Assembly (NCBI GenBank): GCA_951406725.2
Contig: OX597817.1
Span: forward strand, 136,524,001 to 136,588,000
DNA: 64,000 nt
DNA from: Octopus vulgaris
Lineage: Eukaryota
Direction of reading: 5' to 3'
The translations under genes were made by a program, and so were the position numbers. The notes below the pieces were generated by a model. The model did no database searches. It was not told the origin of the DNA and worked only from the letters and a program-made list of their open reading frames with translations. This document shows, one piece after another, positions 25,561-37,575 of this stretch (within the stretch, counting starts at the first letter, position 1; each line of letters opens with the position of its first letter).

Positions 25561-26676
25561 GAATTGAATTTCGGTGGACTCTTACCTGTTGTTTAATCTC
25601 ACCTTGCTGACAGCTCTTCCAAGTTTCTGTGGTTATCGCAAGAGCCTTTCATCTTTTCTTTGTTTCTTCAGCAAATACCAGATCACTAAGTTAGGATTGA
25701 AGGGTTTCTTTGGGTTGATGTATGATAACTGTAGTAACTTACTTTTAACTAAATATTTTCTACAGCAGTTGTCTCACTACAAAGACGGCTTCAGTTGTAG
25801 AACTTCTTGGCACCGAACCAAACTGTCACAACGAGATTAATTTTCTTTCTAATTTATTCAGCTATAACTCTTTCTGTAACTTTCATAATATATATTTTAT
25901 GTGTATATAGCCTACATACATATATAAAAATATAAACAAAGATAATGCATATGTCTAGAAAATATAAATTATGATAATACCTACATCTATAAAATATATA
26001 TTATGATAATATGTATATAAAATATAAATTACGACAATATTATATATGTCAATAATAAACATATGTTTTCAACATTTTCTATATCAATCTAGAATTGAAA
26101 TTGTTATAATACATTGTTTACAATATGTGAATTATCTAAATAATATATAATCTTTTTTTTTTAAATATTTCTACAATATATTTGTCTTTCGGATTAAGTT
26201 TAAAAGAAGAATTCTGCTGGCAAAAAAAGATTTTCTTTGTACTATTATAGAATATGTAATTCTTTTGACGAGAGAACTTATTGACTACCAAATTATTGAT
26301 TTCTTAAATTGCTTCAGGGTTACCAAATTTTAGAAAGGTATATATTTAATACCTTGAGGTACCATACATGACTGGTACTTATTGTAGAGCCTCACAAATG
26401 TAATAATAATAGAGTAACTATAAAAGTTTTGATAAACAATGATTTTCTTTGTGATGAGTTGATTGAAAACTTCCTCAAGAAAGGAGATAAATCCAACCGT
26501 ATAAGCTAATCTAAAAAGTAGGATTTTTGATATAACAGTCTGCCTTGTCTTTATGTTCCCCCAAAATGTGGATCAGTTGTTGTTGCCCTTGTTGGTCAGT
26601 GTTGATGAAATTGGGAGGCAAATGTTTAATGAAGGACATGACCAAATGCTTTCAGACAGTTTCTCTCACTGCTGCT

Positions 26677-27070
26677 GTTGCTGTTGAGCGAAGCGGTCTT
26701 CGTCCCAGAGCTCACAAGATCATGCCTCTGTAGTGGGAGAAGTCCGAAATGTGGTCCTTTGCTATTCGTAAGACCCGCAGAAGAGAAAGCAGGTCAATCC
26801 CCCGACACCAAGAGCATCAACGGATGGATGCATGCGCATCCAGGCTCAGCGGTTGCATAGGAAGTCGGGGACAAGAAACAGGAAGAAAGAGTGAGAGAAA
26901 GTTGGAGCAAAAGAGTACAACAGGGGTCGCCACCACCCCATGCTGGAGCCTCGTGGAGCTTTAGGTGTTTTTTGCTCAATAAACACACACAACACCCGGT
27001 CTGGGAATCAAAACCGCGATCCTCCGACTGTGAATCCGCTGCCCTAACCATTGGGCCATTGCGCCTCCAC
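26677..27070 (-). mobile_element. Young full-length tRNA-derived SINE (family C)
   Basis: Head GTGGAGGCGCAATGGCCCAATGGTTAGGGC (A box) and GGTTTTGATTCC (B box); CpG-rich; CAG/CAA tail; 13-bp TSD TCTCACTGCTGCT (26664-26676) / TGTCACTGCTGCT (27071-27083). Confidence 0.9.
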
Positions 27071-29548
27071 TGTCACTGCTGCTTTTCCTGTTGAACAAAT
27101 TGGAAACTCAAAGAAACCAGATGTATAGAAAATGTTGGATTTTTCTTTCGAAGGAAAGTGTACAAGCAGTGTCATTGTATTGATGTTCTGCAATAGACTA
27201 GCCGTAGCATTCTTTAACAGTTTGGATTCTATGATCATCTGATGTCTGAAGTAAATGATACTACAACACATTTGCTGAATTTAATAAATTATCATTTTCC
27301 TGTTCATTCAAAATAAACATAGCTGGACTTGAAAAAGGTTTTTGAAGACCCTCTTGTAACAACAAGTTTATTTTATTGCATGAAGCTGTGACGTGTGGAT
27401 GATATTGTAAATAGGCTGAATAAAGATAGAGAAGTGCTCAAAGAGTTTAGCTTTAAAAATTTGTATTTAAAGCAAATAATGTTTTGTTGATTCCCAAGTT
27501 TGAGAATTGGTGAAAAAGGACAATTTTGAATGCAGTATTTCTAAAATAGAATTAAAGATTTGCCAAATATTTAAATCTGTTCTTAAGAAAAAAATAAAAA
27601 GCCTTAGAATATTAAAATAACCAGTTGAGAAACATGGTTGGTAGCTTTCATCAATTTGGATGGTGGAGGAGTGTGAAAATGTACTTTCTCTTTTCTCACT
27701 TTCAGAACAATGTGGCAAGTTGTATGATTAATGAGATGAACATTTCTCTAAAACATCATGGAAGAAAGATATTGAGGCTAGGGGATCATTAGTAAGACGG
27801 GTCACTTACGTTTGCTGTCTTAGACGAAGAAGCCTGCCTAAAACATGCATACTCATATAAAACAACAACTTTTTTTTTCAGTACTTTGGTGTAAATATAT
27901 TTTTATAGTTAATTTCTACTTTTAAAGCATCTTATGTGATAAGAAGAAAAAATCTCTCCAACAAATACAAGATGTAGGGAGCAGACATTCTTGGTTCCAT
28001 GTATATATTTTTTATTTAAAATTCAATAGAGAAAGAAAAATATCTTTCCACATGCAGACCAATATAATTTATAAATGAAACTCCTGTAGTTATGTTCTTT
28101 AATTCTCTTACATCCTCCATTCTTAATCTTTCAAATTGTTGCAATAATAATTTTGTACTACTTATAGGTATGGCATGCATGTTATATAATGCTGCAAATT
28201 TCAATGAATAAAATATGAATTTAGAAAAGCCTCAATGTCCAAGTTTGCTTTTCTATGCTTAAACGAATGAACAAATTTTCGTCTTTCCTCCAGTTCTGGT
28301 CTTGTATTTCATTTTTTCAAACCTTTGGTGGTGGTGGAGACTGGCAGAATGTATTTTTCTTGTGGTCTTCACAGGCCATAAAGTGATAGGAATGTTAAGT
28401 CAGAATTAGGCAATTGTATCTTTTTTGTGCTCTGTTATTGAGCATTGCTGTTGTCTTGTTAGGTAGAATCGGTAGAAATGTATGTCTTGGCTTTAAAACA
28501 TCAAATCACTTGGCTCTATGATTATGAAATCCAAATATGTCAACGTGGTTGCTTTTAAAGGGGATACCTGAGGTGAATACCTGAGATAACGAGTGACTGA
28601 AATTAAGAAGCAAGAAACAGCATACATCGAAATAAGTTTGCTGTTTAGTCATTGACACTTTAAAATGTGTGATAGGGCTGGTGGGTTAGGGTTTTGTGCA
28701 GTTTTTGTTTATATTTAAGTGGCTGAGAATTGTCTGTTTGTTGTGAGTCTAATGTCAAGTCTGTGTTGCATTTATTATTGTTTGTGTCTAACATGTAATT
28801 GGGATGACTGTCTGTATTAGTTTTAGATATTCATGTGTCTATACTTCCAAATGAATATTATATTAAGGTTTGTGTGTGTGTGTATTAGACATAAAAATGA
28901 ATTAATATTTACCAGAAGTCATTGTTGCTGATGTTTATTCTGCCTTCGTTTTTATTGTAAAAGAATAATTTTAATTATTTCTATAAGATTAATCTGTGGT
29001 AAGATATCAATAATAATGTTATTATCTTTTTCTGTATGATATAAAGCATTTTTTTTTTTTTTTTTACTATTTCAATTGAAACAAATTTTTGCATTTAAGT
29101 TATCAGTTTATCATAAAAAATGATGGTGACAAACTGATGTGTTATGAAAAATGAATAATTTTCAATCAGAATAATAATAAGACAAAAAGAATGGTTAGTG
29201 AAGGTAGGCATATAAGGGTTTCTCCATTTTTCGTCTTTTTGGTTTTCTGAAAATTCTTCTGTTTACTTCACCTTAACCTTCCACAAACAGTAATGTCATC
29301 AGAAGGCCACTTACATCATATACAGGAACTATGAAAATATTCCTCAGTGAGAGGCACAACAATCTTTTTCTTTTATCAGGCTGTTTTAATGTGGAGCCTA
29401 CCTTCTATAGGGGGTGGGGTTCCTTGCTCACTTCAGGGGTTAGTCAAATAATGATGATAATAATATCAGTACTCTGCATACTCCACTGAATGTCTTATTC
29501 ATTTGATTATCATCTCTGTCTCTTTGTGAGTCTCTCTCTCTCTTTCTC

Positions 29549-29657
29549 TCATCATCTTTTAATGTCCACCTTTCATACTAGCTAGCACAGGTGGGATGGT
29601 TCTTGTGATACCCTCCCACCCAAGTTAGCATGGAAGGCGGATGTTAAATGATGATGA
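29549..29657. repeat. Short fold-back of two opposed RTE 3' termini
   Basis: ~50-nt imperfect arms (TCATCATC..TTAATGTCCACCTTTCAT / ATGGAAGGCGGATGTTAAATGATGATGA) with a ~9-nt loop. Confidence 0.7.
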
Positions 29658-29724
29658 TGATGAGATATATATACACAACATGTATAATATATGTATGAAT
29701 AGATAAATAGATAATTTACATATA

Positions 29725-30580
29725 CAGGGTGCAGTAAATATATTGTCATCTAAATTATGCAAAAATGAAAATTGCACTGACATCTCATTTTAACAGATAT
29801 ATTTACCAAATTACATTAAAATATCTTGAAATATTAAAGAATAATAAAATTGCCATTGACTTCTCCCACTGCCTCCAGATGAATTAGGAATTTCCTGCAA
29901 CTCTGCTGGATGATCTCTTTGTTTAAGTTTGCGAATGCAGCCATAATCCTTGCCTTCAGTTCATCTTTGGTGTTACAAGGAGTTTTGTTCATCTCTTGTT
30001 CACCTGCACCCCACACATTATAATCAAGGGGTTGCAGTCTGGAGAGTTAAGTGGCCAGATGTTAGGGGTGATGTGGTTGCAGAAATTGTCTGACAGCCAT
30101 GACTGCTTGTGTGGCTTGGTGCAGAGTCCTGTTGCTAGACAAAGGGTCTTCTAGTAGCCACCCACTTGACCCAAGGCAGCACTACCTCCTTCAGGTGCTT
30201 GATGTAGGCCTCTGTTAAGTCTAAAGCTGTGTGGGAAGATGAATGGAGGCATAACATCGCCATCACTAGTGATCACTCCAAACACCATGATGTTGATTGG
30301 ATGTTTGATTTTTATCACTTTCCGTACATGCATTGTCCTCAGATTGATAGTCAAACACTCTGAGATGTTCATATTGGAGCTTCTGGCATGAATGCCAAAC
30401 AGTACAGCATGTTGTTTTAAAACTTTTGGCTGAGTGAATTGCATCATGGGGCTGATTTTATCACAGATGGTACCCAAGTGACCCTACTATACTGTGTAGT
30501 CAACAAAATCCAAAACAAACAATGTGCATGTGTGAAATAAAAAAAACATAAAATGGCAACAATTTACCCATCACACCCTG
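29725..30580 (-). mobile_element. Decayed Tc1/mariner-superfamily transposon (maT/DD37D-like), internally deleted
   Basis: TA flanks and CAGGGTG termini; minus strand KHPINIMVFGVITSDGDVMPPFIFP, WLSDNF..IWPLNSPDCNP, VWG...NTKDELKARIMAAF. Confidence 0.88.
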
Positions 30581-30594
30581 TATATATAATATAG

Positions 30595-30767
30595 ATCGTT
30601 AGCCACTACACACATTTTTTTCTCTCCTTGTTTTTTCTGTGTCCCTTTCTGTAGAAGAGTGTAGGCTCAAAACGTAAAAGACTTTTTCTATTCCTGAGCG
30701 TTATACTAATACATTTGTTTATTGTCTACATCACTTGTCTTCGTCTTTTGTTTTTTTCGTAAACTCT

Positions 30768-30770
<3 letters not shown>
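30595..30770 (+). mobile_element. Penelope-like terminal-repeat fragment adjacent to (TA)n
   Basis: CTTTCTGTAGAAGAGTGTAGGCTCAAAACGTAAAAGAC motif, similar to the 2401-2430 motif. Confidence 0.5.
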
Positions 30771-30856
<86 letters not shown>

Positions 30857-31489
30857 CATGTGTGTGTGTGTATAAAAAAACATACAGATAAATAAATAAT
30901 TTACATATACTTAATATAGATACGTGTATGTGTCTATATACATTGCATGAAGGGTTCCTTGCTAGTTTAGATTTCTATTTATGTTGTGCATGTCTTCTTC
31001 CCCTCCACTTCCCCTATCCATTGTTCTAGATTTATTGTTGATTATAGTTACAAGATGTTGAACAATGGAAATCTTCATTTGATTCTCATTGAAATCATTC
31101 ACTTCACTGGACCCTAGTTTAGATGCCATAAATAAATGGGGAGGCAATCGTTTTCTGGACCTTTGCTAATCTAACTGCTTATTGTAAGCATTTTAAAAAT
31201 TCTCTTGCATACACTATTCTGACTCTTAAGTTGAAGTGTATACGGAATAGCTGTTGTTCATATTTGTACTTTTGAAATTATGGTTTGTAAATTTATTCTT
31301 TGCATTCTTGAGTAGCTGGTGGAATATTTTTGCATTATATTAATCTTAAACAAAGGAAAAGCAATAGGAAGGATGAAAGGGAGAGAGAGGAGGGAATGAT
31401 GGTGAGGTTTTAACTACTTTGAATATTGGCATCTGTGACAGTCTTTTCAGTTGTGGTTAATATATATATACACACACACACACTCAAAA

Positions 31490-31973
31490 TGCATCTACCA
31501 TTATTTGAACATCTTGCATCTTGGGGCATGGACACATTAAAGCTCTGATGTCTGGCAACTGACTTGGTAAACACCCACAAGATCATCCACCATCTTTCCA
31601 GCAACAACCTTGGCCATTTTTTTGAATTTCATGTCAAACACTTGTAGAAATGCTTACAAAATCAAAAAGCAACACAGCACCTATGGCTTTCAGAAACATT
31701 TTTTTCATGCTCAGAATTGCTGAAGCATGGAATAAACTGCCTGCATTAGTTGTGAACTGTCAGGACACTACAGCTTTGAAAGCTTCCGTGTTTCCTGAAA
31801 TTGCCAATGGTATACCTGATGCCTCCCACCTTTTTTGTTTTGTTTTAAATGACTCATTTGCTGTTCACTTGCCGTGCATTATTCTACATACTCTTCATTT
31901 ACTTTTGGCTACTTTTTCTGATGAGCTTTTGTACACCTGAGCATTGTATACAATAAGTTCATCATCATCATCA

Positions 31974-32019
<46 letters not shown>

Positions 32020-32020
32020 T
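31490..32020 (+). mobile_element. CR1/L2-type LINE 3' end with (CAT)n/(TAT)n tail
   Basis: FRNIFFMLRIAEAWNKLPALVV (FFxxRxxxxWNxLP motif). Confidence 0.75.
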
Positions 32021-33360
32021 TCAAGTGGGGTTACCATGTACTGTGTCAGGTTATTGTGTCTGTTCACTCAAAGCTACACAGTTGAGTAGCTGAGTAGACA
32101 GGACCAGCTATCATAGAAGAGCCATAATGGATGAGAGATTGAAATAAAAATGTGTTAGAAAACAGAGCATTTGGGATGAGAGAGTTTTAAAGTGAGTGAG
32201 AGACTGATGGAGAGTAAGAAATAAGTGACAATTACTGGAAAAGTGCAGACCTTACCTTGGCAGTAGTTGGAGGTGCAGATTTTGTTTGGCAGAGAAAAGG
32301 ATTATACCAAAGTATTTCTTCCATTCAGAGGTGTACCTGCCTCATGAGCAGAAATATATCTTAACCAGATTGTCAGCTCCTAACGGTAAGGATTAGCTCC
32401 CCCACTTCCTTAGTTGACCTCTCACTGTAAATAAGGGATTTATTTCCCTTACAAAACCAATACTTATAAACATCTCAGCATATATGTGACTACACATACC
32501 CTTCAAAACTCCAACTTATTTCCTTAATTTCTATTATTCTTCCTCTTCATACTCTCTACCTCTTCATCCCACAACCCAATATATAAAAAAACTGGGGTGG
32601 ACAGTGGTCACTTGAATGCTGACATGCAGGACAATGGCTCAATAGAAACCAATCTAAGGGGCATAACTTCAATAGGCTTAGGAGCCTGCCTTGTTTTGTT
32701 GATGTTTTATTTTTGCAACATCTTTGTGATTCACAAATTGGTTTCAGACCTTTTCTTTACTTTTCCATTCAGCTGTGTCTGATGACTGTTAGAATAACTT
32801 TTTCATGCTTGAACAGTTCTTCAGTCTGAAACCATCTGGAAAAACCTATTGGCTTTGACAGCTACAAGATTAAATTTGTAATATTGTATAAATAATGTGT
32901 GTGTGTGTTCCCACTACCACTTCATTTCAGTACACGATCTCAGATCAAATCACTTGCTATGCAAGTACATCTCCGTAATACTTATGTGTAGCTATAACAA
33001 AAACCTTTTCTTAACACTTACTGCATCTTAAAATTGTTTTTCAAAGACAGTTATTTCCTTCTAACACATATCCATTTAAGATGAAGCCACCCTTGTACAA
33101 ACTGTGAGCAATTCTTTCTACCCAACTGTAATGTACGGCCCAGCTTGGGATGGAGCTTAGGGTATACTGCCAACTTTTGATATAATACACACGCACTGGG
33201 GTCGATGTAATCGACTTAATCTGTTTGTTTGTCCTTGTTTGTCCCCTCTGTGTTTAGCCCCTTGTGGGTAGTAAAGAAATAGATATAATACACATGTGTT
33301 TATGTATTTATGTGTGTGTAAGCATGTTATTGAAATATTTGCTTTTGTTATATTTTACAG

Positions 33361-33452
33361 ATTTGGATTCTTGTTCAACTGTCTCCGTTGTTTGTATATA
33401 ATTAGCCACTGGTCCCATCCTGATGCCAAACTGACTTCACACCATGTTCAAG
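33361..33452 (+). other. Candidate exon ending in ATG TTC AAG (possible first coding exon)
   Basis: TTTTGTTATATTTTACAG acceptor, CACCATG context at 33444, AAG|GTAGAA donor; unique sequence. Confidence 0.45.
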
Positions 33453-33869
33453 GTAGAAACATTTAATTTTTTAAAATTATTCTCTGATTATGCAATATTA
33501 CTTTTTATTGTCTTTTTTGTAGGAATGTGAAAAATGTGTGATTTATCTTCATGATAGAGAAATGAAATATCAAATTCTTCCATAATAATGTTGTTCTAAA
33601 TGTAAACAGACTTTCTTATTAAAGCATCTTTAATGGTGATCTCATTGAAATTTGGAAAATTGCTTTTTGCGAGGTAATTGGTTGCATGACTTTCAGCACC
33701 AAGCAGGATGCTTGGTTTGAGTTCCACAGTTCACTTATTTCTAAGGGTCTTAAGTTCATGTACAGGAAGGTGCCATACCCCAATGACTAGTATAGCAGTA
33801 TCATTGTAAACTACTACAAAGGCAAACGAGATGCCTGTGAGAGAAGTAGGTAGAGAGAAATCAGATTGC

Positions 33870-35215
33870 TAGGTCAGGTTATGAAACAAGAGAGTCATAG
33901 CCTAATGGATCCATGACAGAGATGAAGTTTGACTCTGTCCCTGGAAGAGGCATCGTGGATGCAATCTTCCTGCTGAGGCAACTGCAGGAGAATTACTTTG
34001 CTAAGAATAAACTGCTATTCTTAGCTTTCGTTGATTGAGAGAAAGTGTTTGAACAGGATACAACATTCAGTAATTTGGTAATTATTGAGAAAGCTAGATG
34101 TAGAGGAATAGCTTCTGGGGCTCTACATGCTTTGTATAGAGATGCAGTACGTAACATGAGTGTTGACAACAATTTAGCATGAAGGTAAGAATTTATCAAA
34201 ATCCAATCCACGGTCCTCTTTTAATCATTGTAATCACAGGCTATTGCATAAGAGTGTATGATTGGCTGTCCATGGGAACTCTTGTCCGCTGGTGATCTAG
34301 TTCTCATAGCTGAATTTCTAGTAAAATTAGAGAGGAAATTCCAGGCCTGAAAACCAAACGAAGAATTGAGAGCTCTTGAAGTAAACCTAATAAAAATGAA
34401 GGCTTTACTAAGTAGGAAAGAAGACAGGAGCTTGGTATCTTCAGGGAAATAGCTTTTTTGTTTTTATATGCAGAAAAGGAGTTGGTATAAATTCCAAACA
34501 GTTTAGCTAATATAGGGCTCCAGTAGTTTCATCACAAGCAGCCTGTCAGAGTACGTAAAGCTTTGAATGTGATAGATGCACTGGGGTAGTCGTACATACG
34601 AGGAGTAAGCTGGAAATAGGTTCTCTTAAATGTCCAGATGGCTTACTGCAAGTAGTTGATAGCTTTTGTTGTTTAGGGGATGAAATTAGCAAGGGAGGTT
34701 GTTGTTTTGAAAGTATTGTAGCTAGAATAAGAATGGGTTGGTGAATGTTCAGGGAGTTCCTACAGTTGCAGGTAACAAAAGTCTTTTCCTTTAGAGTGAA
34801 GGGCAGATTATATGATGCTACACTTGTGTTAGAACTGTAGTGTTGCATGGTGGCAAGACACGGGCCTTGAACTTGAGGACAAGAGAAGGCTGGAAAGAAA
34901 TGCAGTTAGCATACTCTGTTGGATGTGAACTGTAAGTATGAATGAAATATAAATGTACTGAAAGGAAATTGGCATAAAAGGAATCAGATGTAGTGTGCAA
35001 GAAGGAAGACTGTGATTGGATAGACTTGTGATGTATATGGATGGTGAAAGCTGTATAAAGGAGTGTGATCACTAAATGTGGATGGAACTTGTGGGAGAGG
35101 GTGACCCAGGAAGACATGGAATGAAATGGTGAAGGCTGATTTCAAGACCATGAACCGCACAGAGGACATAAATGACAGTGGTGACTGGCGAGATGCAGTT
35201 CTTGAAAAAACCCAA
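33870..35215 (+). mobile_element. Decayed RTE-clade LINE RT fragment
   Basis: DAIFLLRQLQENY...LAFVD*EKVF, PWELLSAGDLVLIAE, RVKGRLYDA, PRKTWNEMVKAD, WRDAVLEKT; multiple stops. Confidence 0.85.
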
Positions 35216-35819
35216 CTTCCCTTAACAAAACTACATCCTTGTAGAGCTCTGTGTATGTATATATATATATGGGCACAACTGGGTCCTTCCCTCAAGACCA
35301 CCACCACCTGTCACCTCCCTATTTATAGTTCTTTCTTGGTACTACTTGCTTTTTCTTCTACTCAGAACCATTTCACTTGTTATCCATCCTTTGTGCATTA
35401 ATACTGTACTCTCCACCCACATTTTACATTGCTCACCCATCCTTGCCATCAAATTATCTTTTCTCCTTCCACCCCATACATCTTACCCTCCTCATACACC
35501 ATGTCTGCCTCCCTCTGATCCAGCATAATGTTGTCTCTCTTTTGTCTTTCTTTTTTCTACACTGTCATCATAACTGCTCTGCTGCTCACTAGGGTCAGAC
35601 CCCCCCCCCCCACATCTTGAAGATCTACCTTGATTCCTCATCACCATTATTTTTTTATCACTTTCTTCTCCCATTCATTCCCGCTTTTTCTTTTAAAATC
35701 TGAATAACCATGCGACTTGTCTGAAGCAAGAAACCAGTTTTGCTCTGACCCTTTTTTTCTCATACCCTACCCCTCTTTACTCTGTTTTCTTTTCTTTTTT
35801 TTTTGAGGTTTGTAGATGG

Positions 35820-36000
35820 GCAGGCTGCATGGTTACTTCACTAGTGGTTGGCACTAAAAAGCATCCAGTATATGTTGTAAAGTGGTTGGCATTAGGAAGG
35901 GTTAGAATCATGCCAAAGCACACACAGGAGCATAATGCAGTCTTGGGCCCATAAGATCCTATCAAACATTCCAGCCCATGCCAGCATCATGGAACATTTA
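35820..36000 (+). mobile_element. Degenerate RTE 3' tail
   Basis: GTGGTTGGCATTAGGAAGGG...CCCATGCCAGCAT. Confidence 0.65.
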
Positions 36001-36010
36001 CTTAAAATTA

Positions 36011-36047
<37 letters not shown>

Positions 36048-36634
36048 ACACACATGCACAGTCACATATATATAGAAAATATCAATGTGCGTGTATGTAT
36101 ATATATATGTGTGTGTGTGTGTGTGAGTGAGTGAGTGTATGTGTGCATAATATGTATATTTAAACACACATACACAGTATATTACCAGTTTTATCATAGT
36201 ATAATCTGTATGATAATTTGGTCATTCTCCATATAACCTGAATCCCCAATAACATGTATCTCTATAGATTATTGTTGAAACAAATGATGCTGTACACTTA
36301 CCAAAATACCGGAAGATACTGATCAAAGATGAAGCAAGATCTATAGAAATCAAAGCAGATTGAACTTTTATGGCTCGGCTAAAACTATGGCCTTCTAGGA
36401 ACCATAAGTTCATTGTTTACTTTTGTTTTTTTTTTAGTAAATTCTTATGCACACCTTCATCGAATTTACCATTCTTTCAAGTAAATAATAGTTGGTAGAA
36501 TCACATGCAGCATGCTAAATATTTTATTTTTTTTGTGGTTGGTTAGATTTATTTTCTGTACAAACATCTGTTGAATATATTTTGAAACTTTACAGACGTT
36601 TATACTGATAGTGCCATAATTGTTTTTGTTTTAG

Positions 36635-36738
36635 ATGTATAAGTTCTTTCTCCTGCTAACCACTCATCTGTGGAACTAGAGTGGAGCATCTTTGTCAATG
36701 AGACATTCTGAAAGAAGGACATGAAATGTAGTTTTCAG
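36635..36738 (+). other. Candidate exon (ATG at 36721, MKCSFQ)
   Basis: TTGTTTTTGTTTTAG acceptor and CAG|GTAAAT donor. Confidence 0.35.
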
Positions 36739-36849
36739 GTAAATACAATGTTACGTCCATCACAAAATTTTAGTTTCCAGCCACACTGGACTACTGGACA
36801 CTGCATTGAAGATATAATACCTTATTTTCTCATACATATATCATCCTCA

Positions 36850-37045
36850 TAATTTCTCTTGCTGGCATGGCTTGGATAGTTTGACAAGAGCTGGCAAGCC
36901 AAAGGACTGCACCAAGCTCTGCTGTCAGCGTTGACAAGGTTTCTCTGCTTGGATGCCCTTCTGAAAACTCACTTTAAAGAGTGCACTGGGTGTTTTTAGA
37001 TGGCACCAGCACTAGTGAGGTCACCGAGTAACTTGCAAGACAAAG
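36850..37045 (-). mobile_element. Degenerate RTE 3' tail
   Basis: TGCTGGCATGGCTTGGATAGTTTGAC...GGATGCCCTT, the reverse complement of the tail family. Confidence 0.65.
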
Positions 37046-37481
37046 AACCCTCAACTGTGAGGGGGAGAGTGGTATTGAGGGAGGGCGTCTCTGTGCCAGG
37101 GGATGAGGGCTCTAAACATAAAGGACTCTCTACCTTTCTCTCTAACTGCTGTCCCAGTTGGAGAGAAAGGGAGAAAGAGAGAGAAGATGGTGGTAATGTG
37201 TCAGGGTGTACTCTCAAGGTACAAGGATATATATATAGTCTAACCCACCGCAGCATGTAAAACAGGCATTAAATGATTTTATATATGTATATATATATAT
37301 ATATATAAACACACTATACTATACACTCACATCTACATACACCCATATATTCATATATATTCATGTGTGTGTGTATGCTTGTCTGCTCTGTTATTTGCTA
37401 CATTTTCATGAATGTCAGTAGAGAGAAATTGCTTAAGCATATGAACAGCAGTTTTGCCTGAATCCAGTTTCTCTGTCTGTG

Positions 37482-37575
37482 TGTCCCAACAGATACTTAT
37501 GAACAAGTCACAAATAACCAAAGCCTGTCAGTTTTATTATTTCTGACTTGTTCTTCCTATGTATCTGTTGGGACA
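37482..37575. ncRNA. Long stem-loop, candidate pri-miRNA or structured RNA
   Basis: TGTCCCAACAGATAC..GAACAAGTCA.AAATAA pairs with TTATTT.TGACTTGTTC..GTATCTGTTGGGACA (15+10+6 bp); not part of any repeat seen in the window. Confidence 0.4.

Noticed and set aside
26995-27070. tRNA-like sequence with A and B boxes
   Set aside because: Head of a SINE that continues into body, tail and TSD; the same holds for the other SINE heads
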